Assembly (NCBI GenBank): GCA_051294905.1
Contig: CM119372.1
Span: forward strand, 32,676,001-32,740,000
DNA length: 64,000 nt
From: Botryllus schlosseri
Lineage: Eukaryota
Reading direction: 5' to 3'
Under the pieces are notes generated by a model. It did no database searches, was not told where the DNA came from, and worked only from the letters and a program-made list of their open reading frames with translations. Below, piece by piece: positions 52,127 to 64,000 of this stretch; positions within the stretch are counted from its first letter, which is position 1, and every line of letters starts with the position of its first letter. Made by a program: the position numbers and the translations under genes.

Positions 52127-53929
52127 CCTATATCGTCGCAGTGGAATCAAAGTGACTTCCCAGCAAACACCTAATCGCCGTGGGCTATCCGAGTCGTGTC
52201 CGAGTGGTCCGGCTGGACAGACAGGGGCATATACTTTGCTGTTATGCTTCAACAATCAACAAGTATGATCTGCCGACAAAAGAACTGAAAGTAATTAGAA
52301 CTCAAAGTATGATACTAGGAATTGAAAGTGAAATAAAAATAACGCTTCTAAAAAGCGGAAAATATATTTCATGTCTTTTGTCCATAAAGCTTCAAAGTGA
52401 TCTGCTAAAACAGCTGTAACGTTCAAAAAGCCGTATTTTCCAGATTAGTAGGACACGTCATGGGCTGATAGATTACAATATGATAGGTAATTGCTAGATT
52501 GCGAAACGGTATAGTTTCAAACGCTATAATGGGCCATACTGTGATGAAAAATTTGATATGGGTGACAATGCGGTGTGAGCGGAACCAAGCAATCTCTGGT
52601 ACCTAAATTATATTCACTGATACTTTCGTGAAAATATATTTGTCACTCCATGACTACTGTGCGCGAAGCCCAACAAAATTTCTGGGCTATACCTGACTTT
52701 TATGAATATTAAATGTTGGTCCTGCGTGAAAACAGCCCCGAAATTCCTCAGGCTATCTTTCGTATTGGGGGATTAAACTACTTCTACTTGAAAACTGAAA
52801 ATAGCGAAAAGTAAGTAAGTAGATCACAAAATAATACGAAGTAGAAGTAGAGAAAATCAGATCTACTTGAGTAAGTACCAGAAGTAGAGGAAAACTACTT
52901 GAGTACTTCCAAAAAGTAGAAGTACTTCGTTATACTGACCACCTCTGTATTATACCCCATTTACAATTTATACAGCAGTAGCCAACACCCCAATTGTACG
53001 GATTTGGTTTTTATGATACAATAAACATATGAAATCAAGATTGACCCGCCCGTACGCCTGCTAGATTTTTTACATCAGACAAAGATATCAATTTTATTGA
53101 TTGGTTGAATAAGCATCATTCGCTGACTACCTATTGTAGTATATTTCGCTCATGATGTTGTGTGATATTACGGGTTAACTCACAGCAGAGAGTCACCAAA
53201 TATTCACAAACGGAAAGCTGGATATTTCGAGCAAACTTTTGTAACAAAGCAAGTAAAATGTTTGAGGTTCGCAATGGGGCATGCCCGTTTCGAGTTCATT
53301 TTTTTTATGTCGGCAACGCCATGCATAAAGTGAGGCGAAGTTGTGAAAAATGGTAATTTATGAAAAAGGTTCACAGTGCAGAACCTTACCAAGGTTCGTT
53401 TGTGAACGTGAACCATTAAATTTCTGAGGTTCACACACAGAACGTGAACGCTACGTTCACGCCATCTCTAATATGTAGAGAGAGAGAGATTTATTTTGTC
53501 AACCGATGACGCCAAAATAAATAGAACTCCTACATATAATTAAGCTATATTTAACAAACAAAACAGTGGTTTATCGGTATTGTGGACATGTGTGATCATG
53601 GCGATCTTCGTCTATGTAGCATACTAGCACCCTCTCTGAAACACTTGTTCGACCCAAGCAGCTGAGCTACTTACTAGAAATATTTTTGATTTTGTCAAGT
53701 GGGAAGCAGCGTTTGGTTACATTTGCATCAATTTTACAAATGATGCTGTCACTTACAAAACCGGACGATGTAGTCTTATTATTTACTCTTTTATAAAATC
53801 AATGCATAATTCCAAAATTAAGCCAATTTGTGACTGCATCAGTAATTTTGTGTTGGTCGCGGATGTTCGCTTTATTCACATAATTGGTGCTTTTAACAAC
53901 TTGGGTCATTTGCACCCAGCACGGAAATG

Positions 53930-54140
53930 CGGACTTTTTCTGGTCATATTGCTGCCATCTTTCCAGAGTTCGGCTCTCTCGTCATCTGGGCTTTTCAAGG
54001 CGCTGTGCATGTGCATACAGCTGGATCGGCGATGGAGCCCAGATAAACCTCCGACACATAGAAACACGGCAGAGCCGAGACTCGAACCAGCAGGCATTGG
54101 TGTCGCGACTGCAGTGTTTAAGCAACTGCGTCACTCCTAC
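53930..54140 (-). mobile_element. tRNA-derived SINE, family 2
   Basis: Reverse complement matches 60692-60850 (GAGTCTCGGCTCTGCC.TGTTTCTATGTGTCGGAGGTTTATCT). Confidence 0.55.
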
Positions 54141-54597
54141 TCCAACTCCACAGCCTTAGCAGAAAGACACAAAGTGATGGAGAAATAAGATATGTGCTTT
54201 TGAGGTCATGTCATATGTCACGCATAATATGCAGCAGGAAGCAAGGATTTATATCGAAGTGGCTTAGAACAGTGTTTCTCAAACTTTTTCCGGTCGCGTA
54301 GCGCACTAATTTGTTTTTTACTACACCGCGTACCACATATAGATCCCAAATGACCCATGTTAGTCAAATGTACCAGTATTATTAGTAACTGGCGTTGTTA
54401 ATATTCACCATAACACCAATGAATAGTACGAAAAGTCACAGGCCGAAAGCCTTCCTCGCATTTGCACGCCGAGGCAAGTATGGTGCAAAAGCGGGTAATT
54501 CGGGAGATCGAGTCAAAGTGATGACCTTTTCTTGATGGCAACACATACAGTACTATCAGTCGAAAACCTGTCAAAATCACCAGTGTCATCTTTTTCC

Positions 54598-55272
54598 GGG
54601 GAGATAGCGTAGTGGTGACAATAAGCGCCTACGAACCGGCGGCCCTGGTTCGATTCCCGTCAGAGGTTCATCTGGGGCTCCTCTTCCCCCGCCGTCGCCG
54701 TTTTTACGGCGACAAAAAAGCGCAGACAGAGACCCGACGAAAGAAAGCACTCACAAGGAATGGAAAGATCTAGAAAGGGCCGCGGCTTCAAAAAGATCAA
54801 CATCGAAAAGAAATGTTACATCGGGCATTCTAGGCCGAGGTGGATGTCAGTCGAAAACAGTGGATCCCAACCTGGGGGGGGGGGGTGAAAGCTCGGAAGG
54901 TGTGCGCGAAGAAGCGGTCAACTGAAAAAAAATTTCGCGCATTGCGCGATTTACCTCCAATTCACGCGTTTCTCTATATATATACACCGAATTTCATATT
55001 TTTTAATTCTCTCATCAACAGTTATAACCTTCCATGCCATCAAAAAATCTGTTGGAGTTGCTAGCATCCCGGCTGGATTTTGTGATGTGACGATAAGGGG
55101 CGCGCGAAATTTTTCACCATCATAAAAGGGGGCGTGTCTAAAAAAAGGTTGGGAACCACTGGTCTAATCGGATCGCAACTGCGTGTCGTTCGATATCCTC
55201 CTATCTGTTCATTACATCGCATTGTACATTGTGTGTGACTTTTTCAGATGAAAAATATAACCTAACGATTAT
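54598..55272 (+). mobile_element. tRNA-derived SINE, family 1, interrupted by hAT MITE 54858-55161
   Basis: A box TAGCGTAGTGG, B box GGTTCGATTCC; the copy at 26030 shows the empty site GTCTAAAA. Confidence 0.75.
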
Positions 55273-56568
55273 CATCTCAAGTATGTTAACCCTACTTATG
55301 GTGAGTTCTACACCATGGGCATGTGGAATTGTACCTCTCACATTTTGGTCCTTGCTACGTCGAGGCGAGTATGTTGGATATAAATTTGGTTCCACAATAT
55401 GGTAAATCGATCTCACCATTCATATTTTCGTCAACGATCCACGTTCAAATATAGCAAACTCGCTGCAGATTACTGAATATTCCCATTCTTCAAAACTATC
55501 TCATGTGGCTAATTCACACAATTACATCCTTATTCTTTACTGATCATTTCACACTGCCTGTATGGAACATCATTTCAACGTACCCAGAAATAATAATATG
55601 CATTGTTTTGCAAGAACACGGACTGGAGTATGCAAACTTTGATATTTTCACAGTTGGTTGCAATATCTATGGGGCGCAAGACTGGAAATCCTCAGAGTTG
55701 GTCATGGTGTTCGGCGTTGTCACTCAAGTAGAAGTAACACCATACATTTGTAATCAGTTACAAGTGGAAGTAGTGATTTCCAAGACATGTCGAAACCAGA
55801 TCAAGCGGAAGTAAAAAGATGAAGATAAGTACCCAAATTAGCGGTTTCAAACAGTAGATATGGCAAAGGGGCCTGCATACATTTAGCCAGTAATCGAAGG
55901 TGGCTACTTCAGAAATCATAGTAACACAAAATGACACTATACAAACGGTGCAATTTTTTAAAATATATATAGCTACCTTGATACATGGGATATTTCGCCC
56001 AGTTGTTATAAGCAATTTACTTGCGAAATTGACCCAAACACAACCCTAAACCACTTCTTATGTTACAAAATCATAAGTGTTAACGTAGTAGTTTGCCCTA
56101 AACAGCTTAGTACAAGTGCTTTAAAACACACTTGAGTAGTGCAAGTAATCCAAACTGATTTGAGCACGTTGAAAAAGTACAAGTAAACTGCGTTACGGTT
56201 CAATTCTGAAAATCCCACACAACTACCAAGTGTATAGAAACAAAACCGAGATATATTGTAGTAATTGTACCATAATAGAAATCAACAATTCCATGTCACA
56301 ATTTTCAACAGCACATACACAATCCAATTGTAGACTTGCAACCAGCACATACCACAAAAAACACATGATTCCTACAATCCAATCTATCCCTATTTGCAGT
56401 GCTGTTACGGATTTCGTATACGCTGGATGAAACTAGCAAGATGCATTTAGGTTTCTCTCATAGAATGTAAAATTACTTAATCATCCGTGAGAGAAGCACG
56501 TAGTGAAATGAAAACCGGTACGTTTTCCTTGTGGTGAGAGGAGTAGCATGAAGTCGTCTGTGAAATCA

Positions 56569-58647
56569 TCAAATTTTCTCCAAAATCTTGGTTAGCAAGT
56601 CATTCAAACGATTGACCATAGGTCTCGCGTCTTCTATTAGCCCGGCTGATACCATAGCGTTTTCGTACAGCTGTTCCAGCGCTAGCGATGATATTTCGGG
56701 TTCCGTTTCGTGTATTTGAGAAAGTTTCAGTACAGCTGGATGGTTGCTGTTCAGCTGGAAAACGGGCTTGAATAGCATGCCCCTCTCTTTGTCCGACAAG
56801 CCTTTCGGATCCACTAAATACTGACTGCGTAAAAAGTGCCGGACCGAACCCATTTCCCAAACAGTCACCATGGCGGGGTGTTTATCGAGTTTGGTCGTTG
56901 TCTTTACCTCCGCCACGCGTTCGCCGAGAACACCTTTTGTCCAATCTTTAAACTTGGTCATTTGCGGCGAGACGAGTTCATCCGTGGTGTCAGTTTTCTT
57001 ATCATCTTTGAACATGTCCGCAACTATTTCGTTCTCCACCGAAAAAAGCTGCTTGCCTCGATAGGTTTTCAACTGCAGCATCATTATTTCATCGAAAGGA
57101 TCGTAGCAGAATAGGACTTCCATTTTTTTGCTTTTGACGGCTTCATAGTACGGTGATGATTCGGCAAGTTGTCTGCTCGGCGCGCAAAGGTAAAATATGT
57201 TCCGCTGATCGTCTGTCATGTTCTTAATGTATTCGTCTAGACTGACAGACTGTCCTTCCGGTTTTAACGAAGTTTCATACCTTAACAACTGCGCTACCTC
57301 TTCTCTTTTGTCTTGCGTCGATTCAGACATGACGCCTTCGGCGATAAACATTTTGTAAGCCGCGTGAAATACGGCATACTTTTCTTCATCTTTTTTGCTT
57401 TGGTCTTTGAAGAAACGGATTAATCTGCCAGTGATGGTGTCTCGAATTTTGGCGATTAGCGAACTATTTTGTAGCAGCTCCCTGCTCAAATTCAAAGGTA
57501 TGTCCTCGCTATCGACAACGCCGCGTACGAAACGAAGCCACTTCGGTATAAGATGTTCGGTTTTGTCCTGTATGAGCACTTTTCGCGAATACAAAGAAAC
57601 GCCGGACGTAGATTCCTTTGACATATCCAACAAGGAAGGTCTCGATTCTGGAACGTAAAATATACTTCGAATATTCAACGGGGCGTCGGTCTTGTAAACG
57701 AGCTTGTACTGGTAGTGATCAGTAGTCGAGCCTGACATGTACCTAAAAAAATTCAAGTGCATGTCCTCATCTATCTGACTCGGCCCCATAGTCCATAAAG
57801 GCTGCACTGTGTTCAACTGCGTACCGTTTAGTTTTATTGGAAAACCCACAAAATTGTTGTATTTCTGGACAATCCCTTTCACCGCGTCTTCAGTCGCAAA
57901 TTTTCTGCAATCCGGTTTGAGATGAATCACTATTTTTGTTCCAGGATCAACGTTTTGCGCTTCGCTGATGCTAAAAGACACCCCGCCTTCCGACGACCAC
58001 ATGAAACCAGGACTGTCATCACCGTGAGGTTTACTGTACACAACAACTTTTGATCCTACCATGAAAGCGGAATAAAACCCAACGCCGAATTGTCCGATGA
58101 TAGAATTGGCACCGTCGCCTTGGCTTTTTAGCTGTTCGATAAATTTTTTAGAGCCGGACCTGGCAATGACTCCTAAGTTGGATATCAAATCTTCTGAATT
58201 CATGCCGATTCCGTTATCCTGAAACGTGATTGTGTTCTCTTGTTTATCAACGATGATGTTGATTTCATAGTCGTCATCGCTTACACCATCGTTCTCTTGA
58301 CTGAGATGTTGGTACCTTTGTTTTTCCAAAGCATCGCTGCTATTGGATATCAACTCTCGAATAAAGATTTCATTTTCAGAGTATAAAGATTTTGCGACAA
58401 TATCCAGCAACTGTGCCGTTTCCGCTTGGAACTCGTAATCACCCAACTTGGCATCACCAGACTGTGAAGTTGCAGTATTTGCTTGCGCGGATGAGTAAAA
58501 TGCAATTGACGATGGGTGTTGTTTTGGCAATGCAAACAGTTGGTTTGTGCATGTTACACGTGCAGAATTCGATATTCTACTGTAAGATCTTGTCAAGATG
58601 CTCTTCAAGCGTTGACCAACGATTCGAGACACGCCAGAAGTTGCCAT
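56569..58647 (-). CDS. TRAP1: Mitochondrial Hsp90 (TRAP1/HSP75), intronless CDS, 692 aa
   Basis: Transit-peptide-like N-terminus; EFQAET, IFIRELISNSSDAL, DNGIGM, IIGQFGVGFYS, VDSEDIPLNLSRELLQ; no MEEVD or KDEL tail. Confidence 0.96.
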   Translation of the reverse strand: MATSGVSRIVGQRLKSILTRSYSRISNSARVTCTNQLFALPKQHPSSIAFYSSAQANTATSQSGDAKLGDYEFQAETAQLLDIVAKSLYSENEIFIRELISNSSDALEKQRYQHLSQENDGVSDDDYEINIIVDKQENTITFQDNGIGMNSEDLISNLGVIARSGSKKFIEQLKSQGDGANSIIGQFGVGFYSAFMVGSKVVVYSKPHGDDSPGFMWSSEGGVSFSISEAQNVDPGTKIVIHLKPDCRKFATEDAVKGIVQKYNNFVGFPIKLNGTQLNTVQPLWTMGPSQIDEDMHLNFFRYMSGSTTDHYQYKLVYKTDAPLNIRSIFYVPESRPSLLDMSKESTSGVSLYSRKVLIQDKTEHLIPKWLRFVRGVVDSEDIPLNLSRELLQNSSLIAKIRDTITGRLIRFFKDQSKKDEEKYAVFHAAYKMFIAEGVMSESTQDKREEVAQLLRYETSLKPEGQSVSLDEYIKNMTDDQRNIFYLCAPSRQLAESSPYYEAVKSKKMEVLFCYDPFDEIMMLQLKTYRGKQLFSVENEIVADMFKDDKKTDTTDELVSPQMTKFKDWTKGVLGERVAEVKTTTKLDKHPAMVTVWEMGSVRHFLRSQYLVDPKGLSDKERGMLFKPVFQLNSNHPAVLKLSQIHETEPEISSLALEQLYENAMVSAGLIEDARPMVNRLNDLLTKILEKI

Positions 58648-59626
58648 GATTGAAGAAAATAGAATCTGGAGTAAGCAAGAATGGAATTTGCATTCAAGTT
58701 GTGATCTGTTATGAAAAATACATTCACATTACTACTCCAACACATCAAACTCAATAAAAATACCTTAATGGCTGTGCAGAATGTTATTCAGGTGCCCTAC
58801 TGGAATCTTGGTACGTTTTGCCTGATATAACAGGTGAGCAGCGATGATTTTCCAAGTTGAAGTAAAATAATAAAAAATAATTAAAAAATAAAACATAGTG
58901 TGAGCACTGGACAACGATTCCATACAAGTTCAGGTGTGTGCTGACACCAGGCCTGAGATATCTTGTCCCAGTATTGAATTTTACGACTATTTCATGCGGT
59001 CACATAGGCTGACTAACAAAGAATTTTCGGCACACCACGAACACAAATAGATTTCAGAGGTAGATACAATACAAGTCAAAAGACATTACAAATCCATATA
59101 TTGTAACTCACATTCACAAGCATTTGGTTTATAAAGCTTTGAAGTCATTAGACTAGTTGGACTTGCATGCATTGGAAACGCGTCACTCAAACTCGGAAAT
59201 ACAAGCTTCTATTCTAATCACATTCAATTAGTTGAAGAAAAGGTACCTTAATTACACAATAGACCAAAATTTCCAATGTATATTCAACCACATTAAACAT
59301 AACTACAATGCAGGTGAAAATATTTGTCTTTGTACCAACAGCAAGGAAGCCGGGAACACTGCGTTAGATAAAAGCAACCGACCGTTTTGAGGCCATTTCA
59401 AAGACGACTTCTGCGATCTGCTCATTATACTGTTCTTTCTACGCATCTTAAAATTGACATGTCACTGCAAGCGGCATGTTCTGCAAAGTGCAAACGATGA
59501 CAATCGTGAACGTGAATTTTGCTCACGTTACGTTGTTGCCGCCCTATGTACGCATCCTTCAGAAATCGCTACAATCGACACAAAATCACCTTCGAGACCA
59601 CACATGTTCAACACATTAGTATTTAG

Positions 59627-60117
59627 CAGAGACCAGAGATGAGCATGGATTAGGATTAGGATTAGGATTTGAAAAAGCAGGATTTGTGAAATTTTATTGG
59701 ATTTAGATTGGATTAGGATTAGAGATTTTTTTCTGAGCGGATTAGGATTTGGATTGGATTTACCGATTTCCTGAGAGATTAATATGTCGTGGGGCGAATG
59801 GCGACAAACTTTATTCAGATCAGTCATTGATGTACTTATAGTTCACTACACTATGGTTTACTCGGTGCAAATGAACATGAGAGGTGCAGCCCTATGCTAA
59901 GTTATCTTAAACCAAGAGAATCGTTGATTGTGAAAGAAAATTTTCCAATCCCTCCTTTGCATAAATTAGCATTTTTCTGAATTCCAAGTTGGAATCGGAT
60001 CAGGATTGGACATGGACTTGAATGTGAAAAAGTTATTGATTAGGTTTTGGATTTGGATTTGAAGTTTCGGATTTGGATTGGATTTGGACATAGAAATCCC
60101 AAATCCGCTCATCTCTG
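59627..60117. mobile_element. hAT-like MITE with GGATT(A/T) subterminal repeats
   Basis: CAGAGATGAGC...GCTCATCTCTG; TSD GTATTTAG. Confidence 0.75.
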
Positions 60118-60691
60118 GTATTTAGTAATCGGTTGTTACGTGTGAAGCACTTCAGATAACGACAATCACTTTAGGAAGACGAAAAACAAAATGCTCATTG
60201 CTTATCCTTAGGCATTGTTATTATTGGTATTTCGGGAAACAAATGCCAAAGACTGCCAAAAATAAAATTTTGAAAATGTCAAAAATAAGACGTTTCAGGA
60301 ATATAGATTTTTAACCCTAGACTGCATACACGAAAAAACTTACGCTAATGCATAACAGGGGGCATTTTGACTCATATTGCTATTACGTGCAATTCTATTA
60401 TAAAAGACGTAGAATATTTTACTTCTTGTTTTTTTCCTCGGATCTTCCATAAGCGTAATGATGACATATATCTAGAGTTTTCGCTGCATTTTAATGAAAC
60501 AACCGACGAAAAACAGATTGAATATAGTACATTCATATTGAAATGAATATACTATTCAATTGTATATTGAAGTTCTGTACCTCCAAGAAGCTCTTCGAAA
60601 AACAGATTAAAGAAGTCAATAATGATAAAATAAAATAAAAGTCCAGAACGGTTTACACTACAAAGAATAGCCCGATTCATTCACTTCATTT

Positions 60692-60850
60692 GGGAAGCGA
60701 GTGGCGCAGTGTGCTAAGCGATACCATCACCGGTTGCTGGTTTGAGTCTCGGCTCTGCCATGTTTCTATGTGTCGGAGGTTTATCTAGGTTCCTCATCGC
60801 CGACTTCGCTGTTACCGCAGCGTCTTGAAAAAGCCCAGTAGAAGAGTGTG
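60692..60850 (+). mobile_element. tRNA-derived SINE, family 2
   Basis: A-box-like TGGCGCAGTGTG, B-box-like GGTTTGAGTCT; second copy at 53930-54140. Confidence 0.55.
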
Positions 60851-61174
60851 CATATGCTCGAAAGTCGGCAACAGACACCAGAAAGTGGACGCGCGATACC
60901 GAGAGATAATGAAGAGTGGGAGTGCGCGTGGAAGCAAAAAGTCATCCTCATTACCCAAAGCTAATAGACACTGAACTTTAAGAAATGTACTGTTGTGGCG
61001 CACAAGGCTTAAACAGGCGATAAACACCACTGTAAATGTGTATTAATAATGATAATAATTCACTCCATTTGTTGCCTGTGATCATGGTCACGCTGTATTC
61101 TGGGCTCACGGGTCTGCAACATCTGTAGCAACATTTTGCAACTTTCTTATCCTTTGCGTTTGGACATAAGGAAC

Positions 61175-63204
61175 CAGACATGGGGTAATCGTGATTAGTA
61201 ATCGTAATCGATTGCGACGATTACAGCATATTCAAGTAATCGTAATCGCAATCGATTACATTCGAGAAAATTCAGAAGTAATCGTAATCGTAATCGACTA
61301 CTTCCCATATTTAATCGATTTCTTTGTGAAAGAACGATTACTTTTTATTTGTACAGGACTATGACATAAACTGAGCATTCGTGAACATAGAAGAGGTATT
61401 ATACCAGTTAGTGATAGCACAAACGTCAGATTTTCAAATGCCACTGCTCATTATTACGTCAGAAGTGGCCTATTAGCTTTGCTCGTCATCGTGTTAGAAG
61501 TATCCAGCTATCCACACATAGTGAATAGATATTCGATGTACATTAGTGTGATTGTAAGAACACTCATCGTGCTGTATATCAGGTTATCAATACATTCTAG
61601 AAACCAGCACTACCTCGCAGCACGATAATTAATCACTACTCTGCCTAGTTTAAAATAGTAACTTTTGTATTGATGTTTGGTTAAGCTTAGTTAAACGCAG
61701 TTTGACCGTTGCTGCTTAGCGAGCAGTAGGCCTAAGTATCACGAACGTACACCGGACAAAGGTTTGAAATTTTTTAGCCTAATCGTCAAATAAAGCATTA
61801 CGGTTTCCACGACGAAGCATTAAAAATCAACAGCTGCTGATATATATCATAACCGAGCCGTTTCTCGTGATGGCCGCTTGCAATACATTATCTGTATTAA
61901 GTTGAAGGCAGAAGTTTATGTTCACTTTCTCTTATTCTGATAAGAATCTGCTTGAAACGGGCACCGTTATTTCACAATTCTGTACTCAAAATTTGGACCT
62001 GCCGCCATAGTCCTCGGCTTATATACAATGTTAGCGTGGCTTGTAGCTAGAATCAGGACAAAAACAGCAAATCGTCCCCCACTCCAAACGTTGGTCTTGG
62101 GTCCCTATAGGGTAGCCTAGTTAATTTTCAAGTTGAAGATTTAGTTTCGTCAATAATATTGGTAATTGCAATATATTACTATTCATTTTTAACATTCTCT
62201 CAGCCCCCGATGGTCAGATTTATCTGAAGAGCTGGGAGCACGCAATTCATAATTATAACATCTGGTATCTTGTAATAATTACTTTAGGGTATGTTGTTAA
62301 TTCGTGACCTTCGGTCTGTTATATAATCAAAAGATATTGTTGTGGTCAAAACGTAGCAGACTAAAAGAAATACTTGCGTGAGACGCACACACAAATTGCC
62401 ATGTCTTTAATGCTCTGTGGGTGCCAGGGTGGCATTTGCATTGGGGGCTTAGATTGGAAGGACCGGACTATTAGTCACGCCCACCCAGCTCGGCTATTGA
62501 CAATGAACGCATACCCCAAGTTTCGGCCAATGTCTTTCATTAGTAGCACACTTCGTGGGTTCGCATGTTGGCCGAAACTGCATATGTATTTTGCAGGGAT
62601 ATCTAGACTCTAGATATCCCTGGTATTTTGGTGTGTCGTGGCGCAGTATTGACTGGCACCTAAATGCCTGTTACTATAAATGATGCATGAGGAGACGTAG
62701 GCTATGCATTTCAAAATCAAGCTATCTAGAGATATTTAAATCGCAATGCTCGTAGGCAATTTCCAAGTTCATGAAATCTCTCGAAAATAGTCTATAATTT
62801 GCGTTGGTTTACGAAATACTTTTGAGTCCCCTTCGAGCTCGCTCCCCACCCTATTAGGAAATTTGGGGTGCGGCAGTTGTGGACCTGGCAAGAATGCAAA
62901 TCGTTGGGTGCGATAAATCGTCCAATATAAAATGGGCAATGGGTACTTTATGACGTAACAAGCAAATGTCGCATCTTTTTAAAAGAAAGTTTTTGTCTCA
63001 TTAGGCCTTTGTCTTCCAATATAAGTTGTAAGAAGCCAAATATATGTAATCGTGAGTAATCGTGATTACTTTTCCAAAGTAATCGTAATCGTAATCGACT
63101 ACTTCCTGATTTTGCTGTAATCGTAATCGTAATCGTAATCGCGTTATTCAGAAGTAATCGTAATCGCAATCGATTACATTCACGAAGTAATCACCCCATG
63201 TCTG
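61175..63204. mobile_element. hAT-like non-autonomous element with GTAATC subterminal repeats, nested in the piggyBac relic
   Basis: CAGACATGGGGT...ACCCCATGTCTG; perfect TSD TAAGGAAC. Confidence 0.88.
62594..62622. mobile_element. 29-bp palindromic micro-element
   Basis: CAGGGATATCTAGACTCTAGATATCCCTG flanked by perfect 8-bp TSD GTATTTTG. Confidence 0.8.
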
Positions 63205-64000
63205 TAAGGAACACCGATTCCTCTTCGGCAACGTGTTTACTGTTTGCGGGGATGAACTTCGAAAAGCTATCAAGCCACATCTCAACATAGCCTCTCTTGT
63301 GGCTCTGTGGTGTTGTCTTGTCTGTCTTGTCATCATGTGGGACAAAATGAGGCATTTATTAGCAAGATATGTTATGAAACTTCGCTGCTTTGAACCTTGT
63401 CCACTCTTATGATCAGGATATACTTGACTGAATATAGTATATGCATTTAGAGCTGCGATGTCGAGCAGACTGTAGAAGAGAACTAGAGGTCATCGGCAGG
63501 TTTGTCGTTTGCAAGTGTATGATAGAACCATTTGGTCAATCAAGTCCACACAAATCTGGTTATAAAATCTGATGATCACAGGCCTCTTTTTTCTATTTCA
63601 ATTGGCTGCGGGTCAAAATGACCCCTGTTATGCATTCTCGGGGTACTTAATGAAAAATGCATTTTTTTGTCAAAAGTAAAATTGTACAGAACAATTTTTT
63701 CTCATCATGTATAAGTATAAAAGACTAACAAAGGCAAGAAATTCCAGAACTTAATTCCCAATATGTGTTAAGCAGTTATGATGAGTAGCACCGTTTGGGT
63801 CATTTTGAACCTGTTCTGCATTCTAGGGTTAAGAAAGTTTTTGATAGAAATGTCAACAAAAATTAGCAGGAGTTTGTAAGAAGCGACAAAATAAATGTAT
63901 AAAGCAGAATTGTTAACTTAGGGTCCGTGAATCTTTCGGGGGTCCGGAAACTACTATCCACAGGTTCCATGAAAAGGCCAAAAAGTCCAGTGATTAAATG

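Larger units (their letters stand above)
29300..52947. mobile_element. Non-autonomous hAT-type element (~1.85 kb of its own sequence) that hosts the Polinton
   Basis: Ends CAGAGGTGGTCA...TGACCACCTCTG; AGTA/TACT-rich subterminal repeats; perfect TSD TATTATAC (29292-29299, 52948-52955). Confidence 0.8.
60315..63828 (-). mobile_element. Internally deleted piggyBac element with C-terminal transposase relic
   Basis: TTAA|CCCTAGA.TGCA...TGCATTCTAGGG|TTAA. Minus-strand VDLIDQMVLSYTCKRQTCR*PLVLFYSLLDIAALNAY (~63440-63565) and a Cys-rich tail KRNRCSL|CPNAKDKKVAKCCYRCCRPV. Confidence 0.85.

Noticed and set aside
28538..53470. Possible further outer element (TAGGGATATGGTGTGAAC ... GTTCACGCCATCTCTA, with GTGAAC repeats) enclosing the whole nest
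   Set aside because: The ends are similar but I could not find a matching TSD, so the pairing is unproven
54598..54670. tRNA gene
   Set aside because: A and B boxes are present, but there is no convincing cloverleaf and the sequence continues into a body shared with 26030-26385, so it is a SINE head
56600..58649. Short alternative-frame and antisense ORFs over TRAP1
   Set aside because: Shadow ORFs of a long coding sequence

Overview
This is AT-rich, repeat-dense animal genomic DNA. A marine invertebrate such as a tunicate is my inference, not something the sequence proves. The centrepiece is a complete but decaying Polinton/Maverick (adintovirus-like) endogenous virus at 30338-52126, with AGTAGT...ACTACT ends, ~780-bp TIRs and a 6-bp TSD (CCTATA). 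It encodes pPolB, packaging ATPase, chromodomain integrase, major capsid protein (MCP), adenain-like protease and core proteins. Unusual additions are three tandem minor-capsid (penton) paralogues, a tandem OB-fold (SSB-like) gene, and an apparent four-intron non-coding leader before pPolB. The virus sits inside a hAT-type element and carries three later DNA-transposon insertions whose removal restores its reading frames at those sites. Host genes are a TMEM35/NACHO-like tandem cluster, an intronless HYKK-like kinase and intronless TRAP1. The remainder is hAT MITEs, a Sola2-like foldback, a piggyBac relic, tRNA-derived SINEs and a minisatellite-filled foldback. There are also three copies of a 27-29-bp palindrome, each flanked by its own 8-bp TSD, which look like an extremely small transposon. 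All protein and family calls come from motif recognition by eye; no searches were run.
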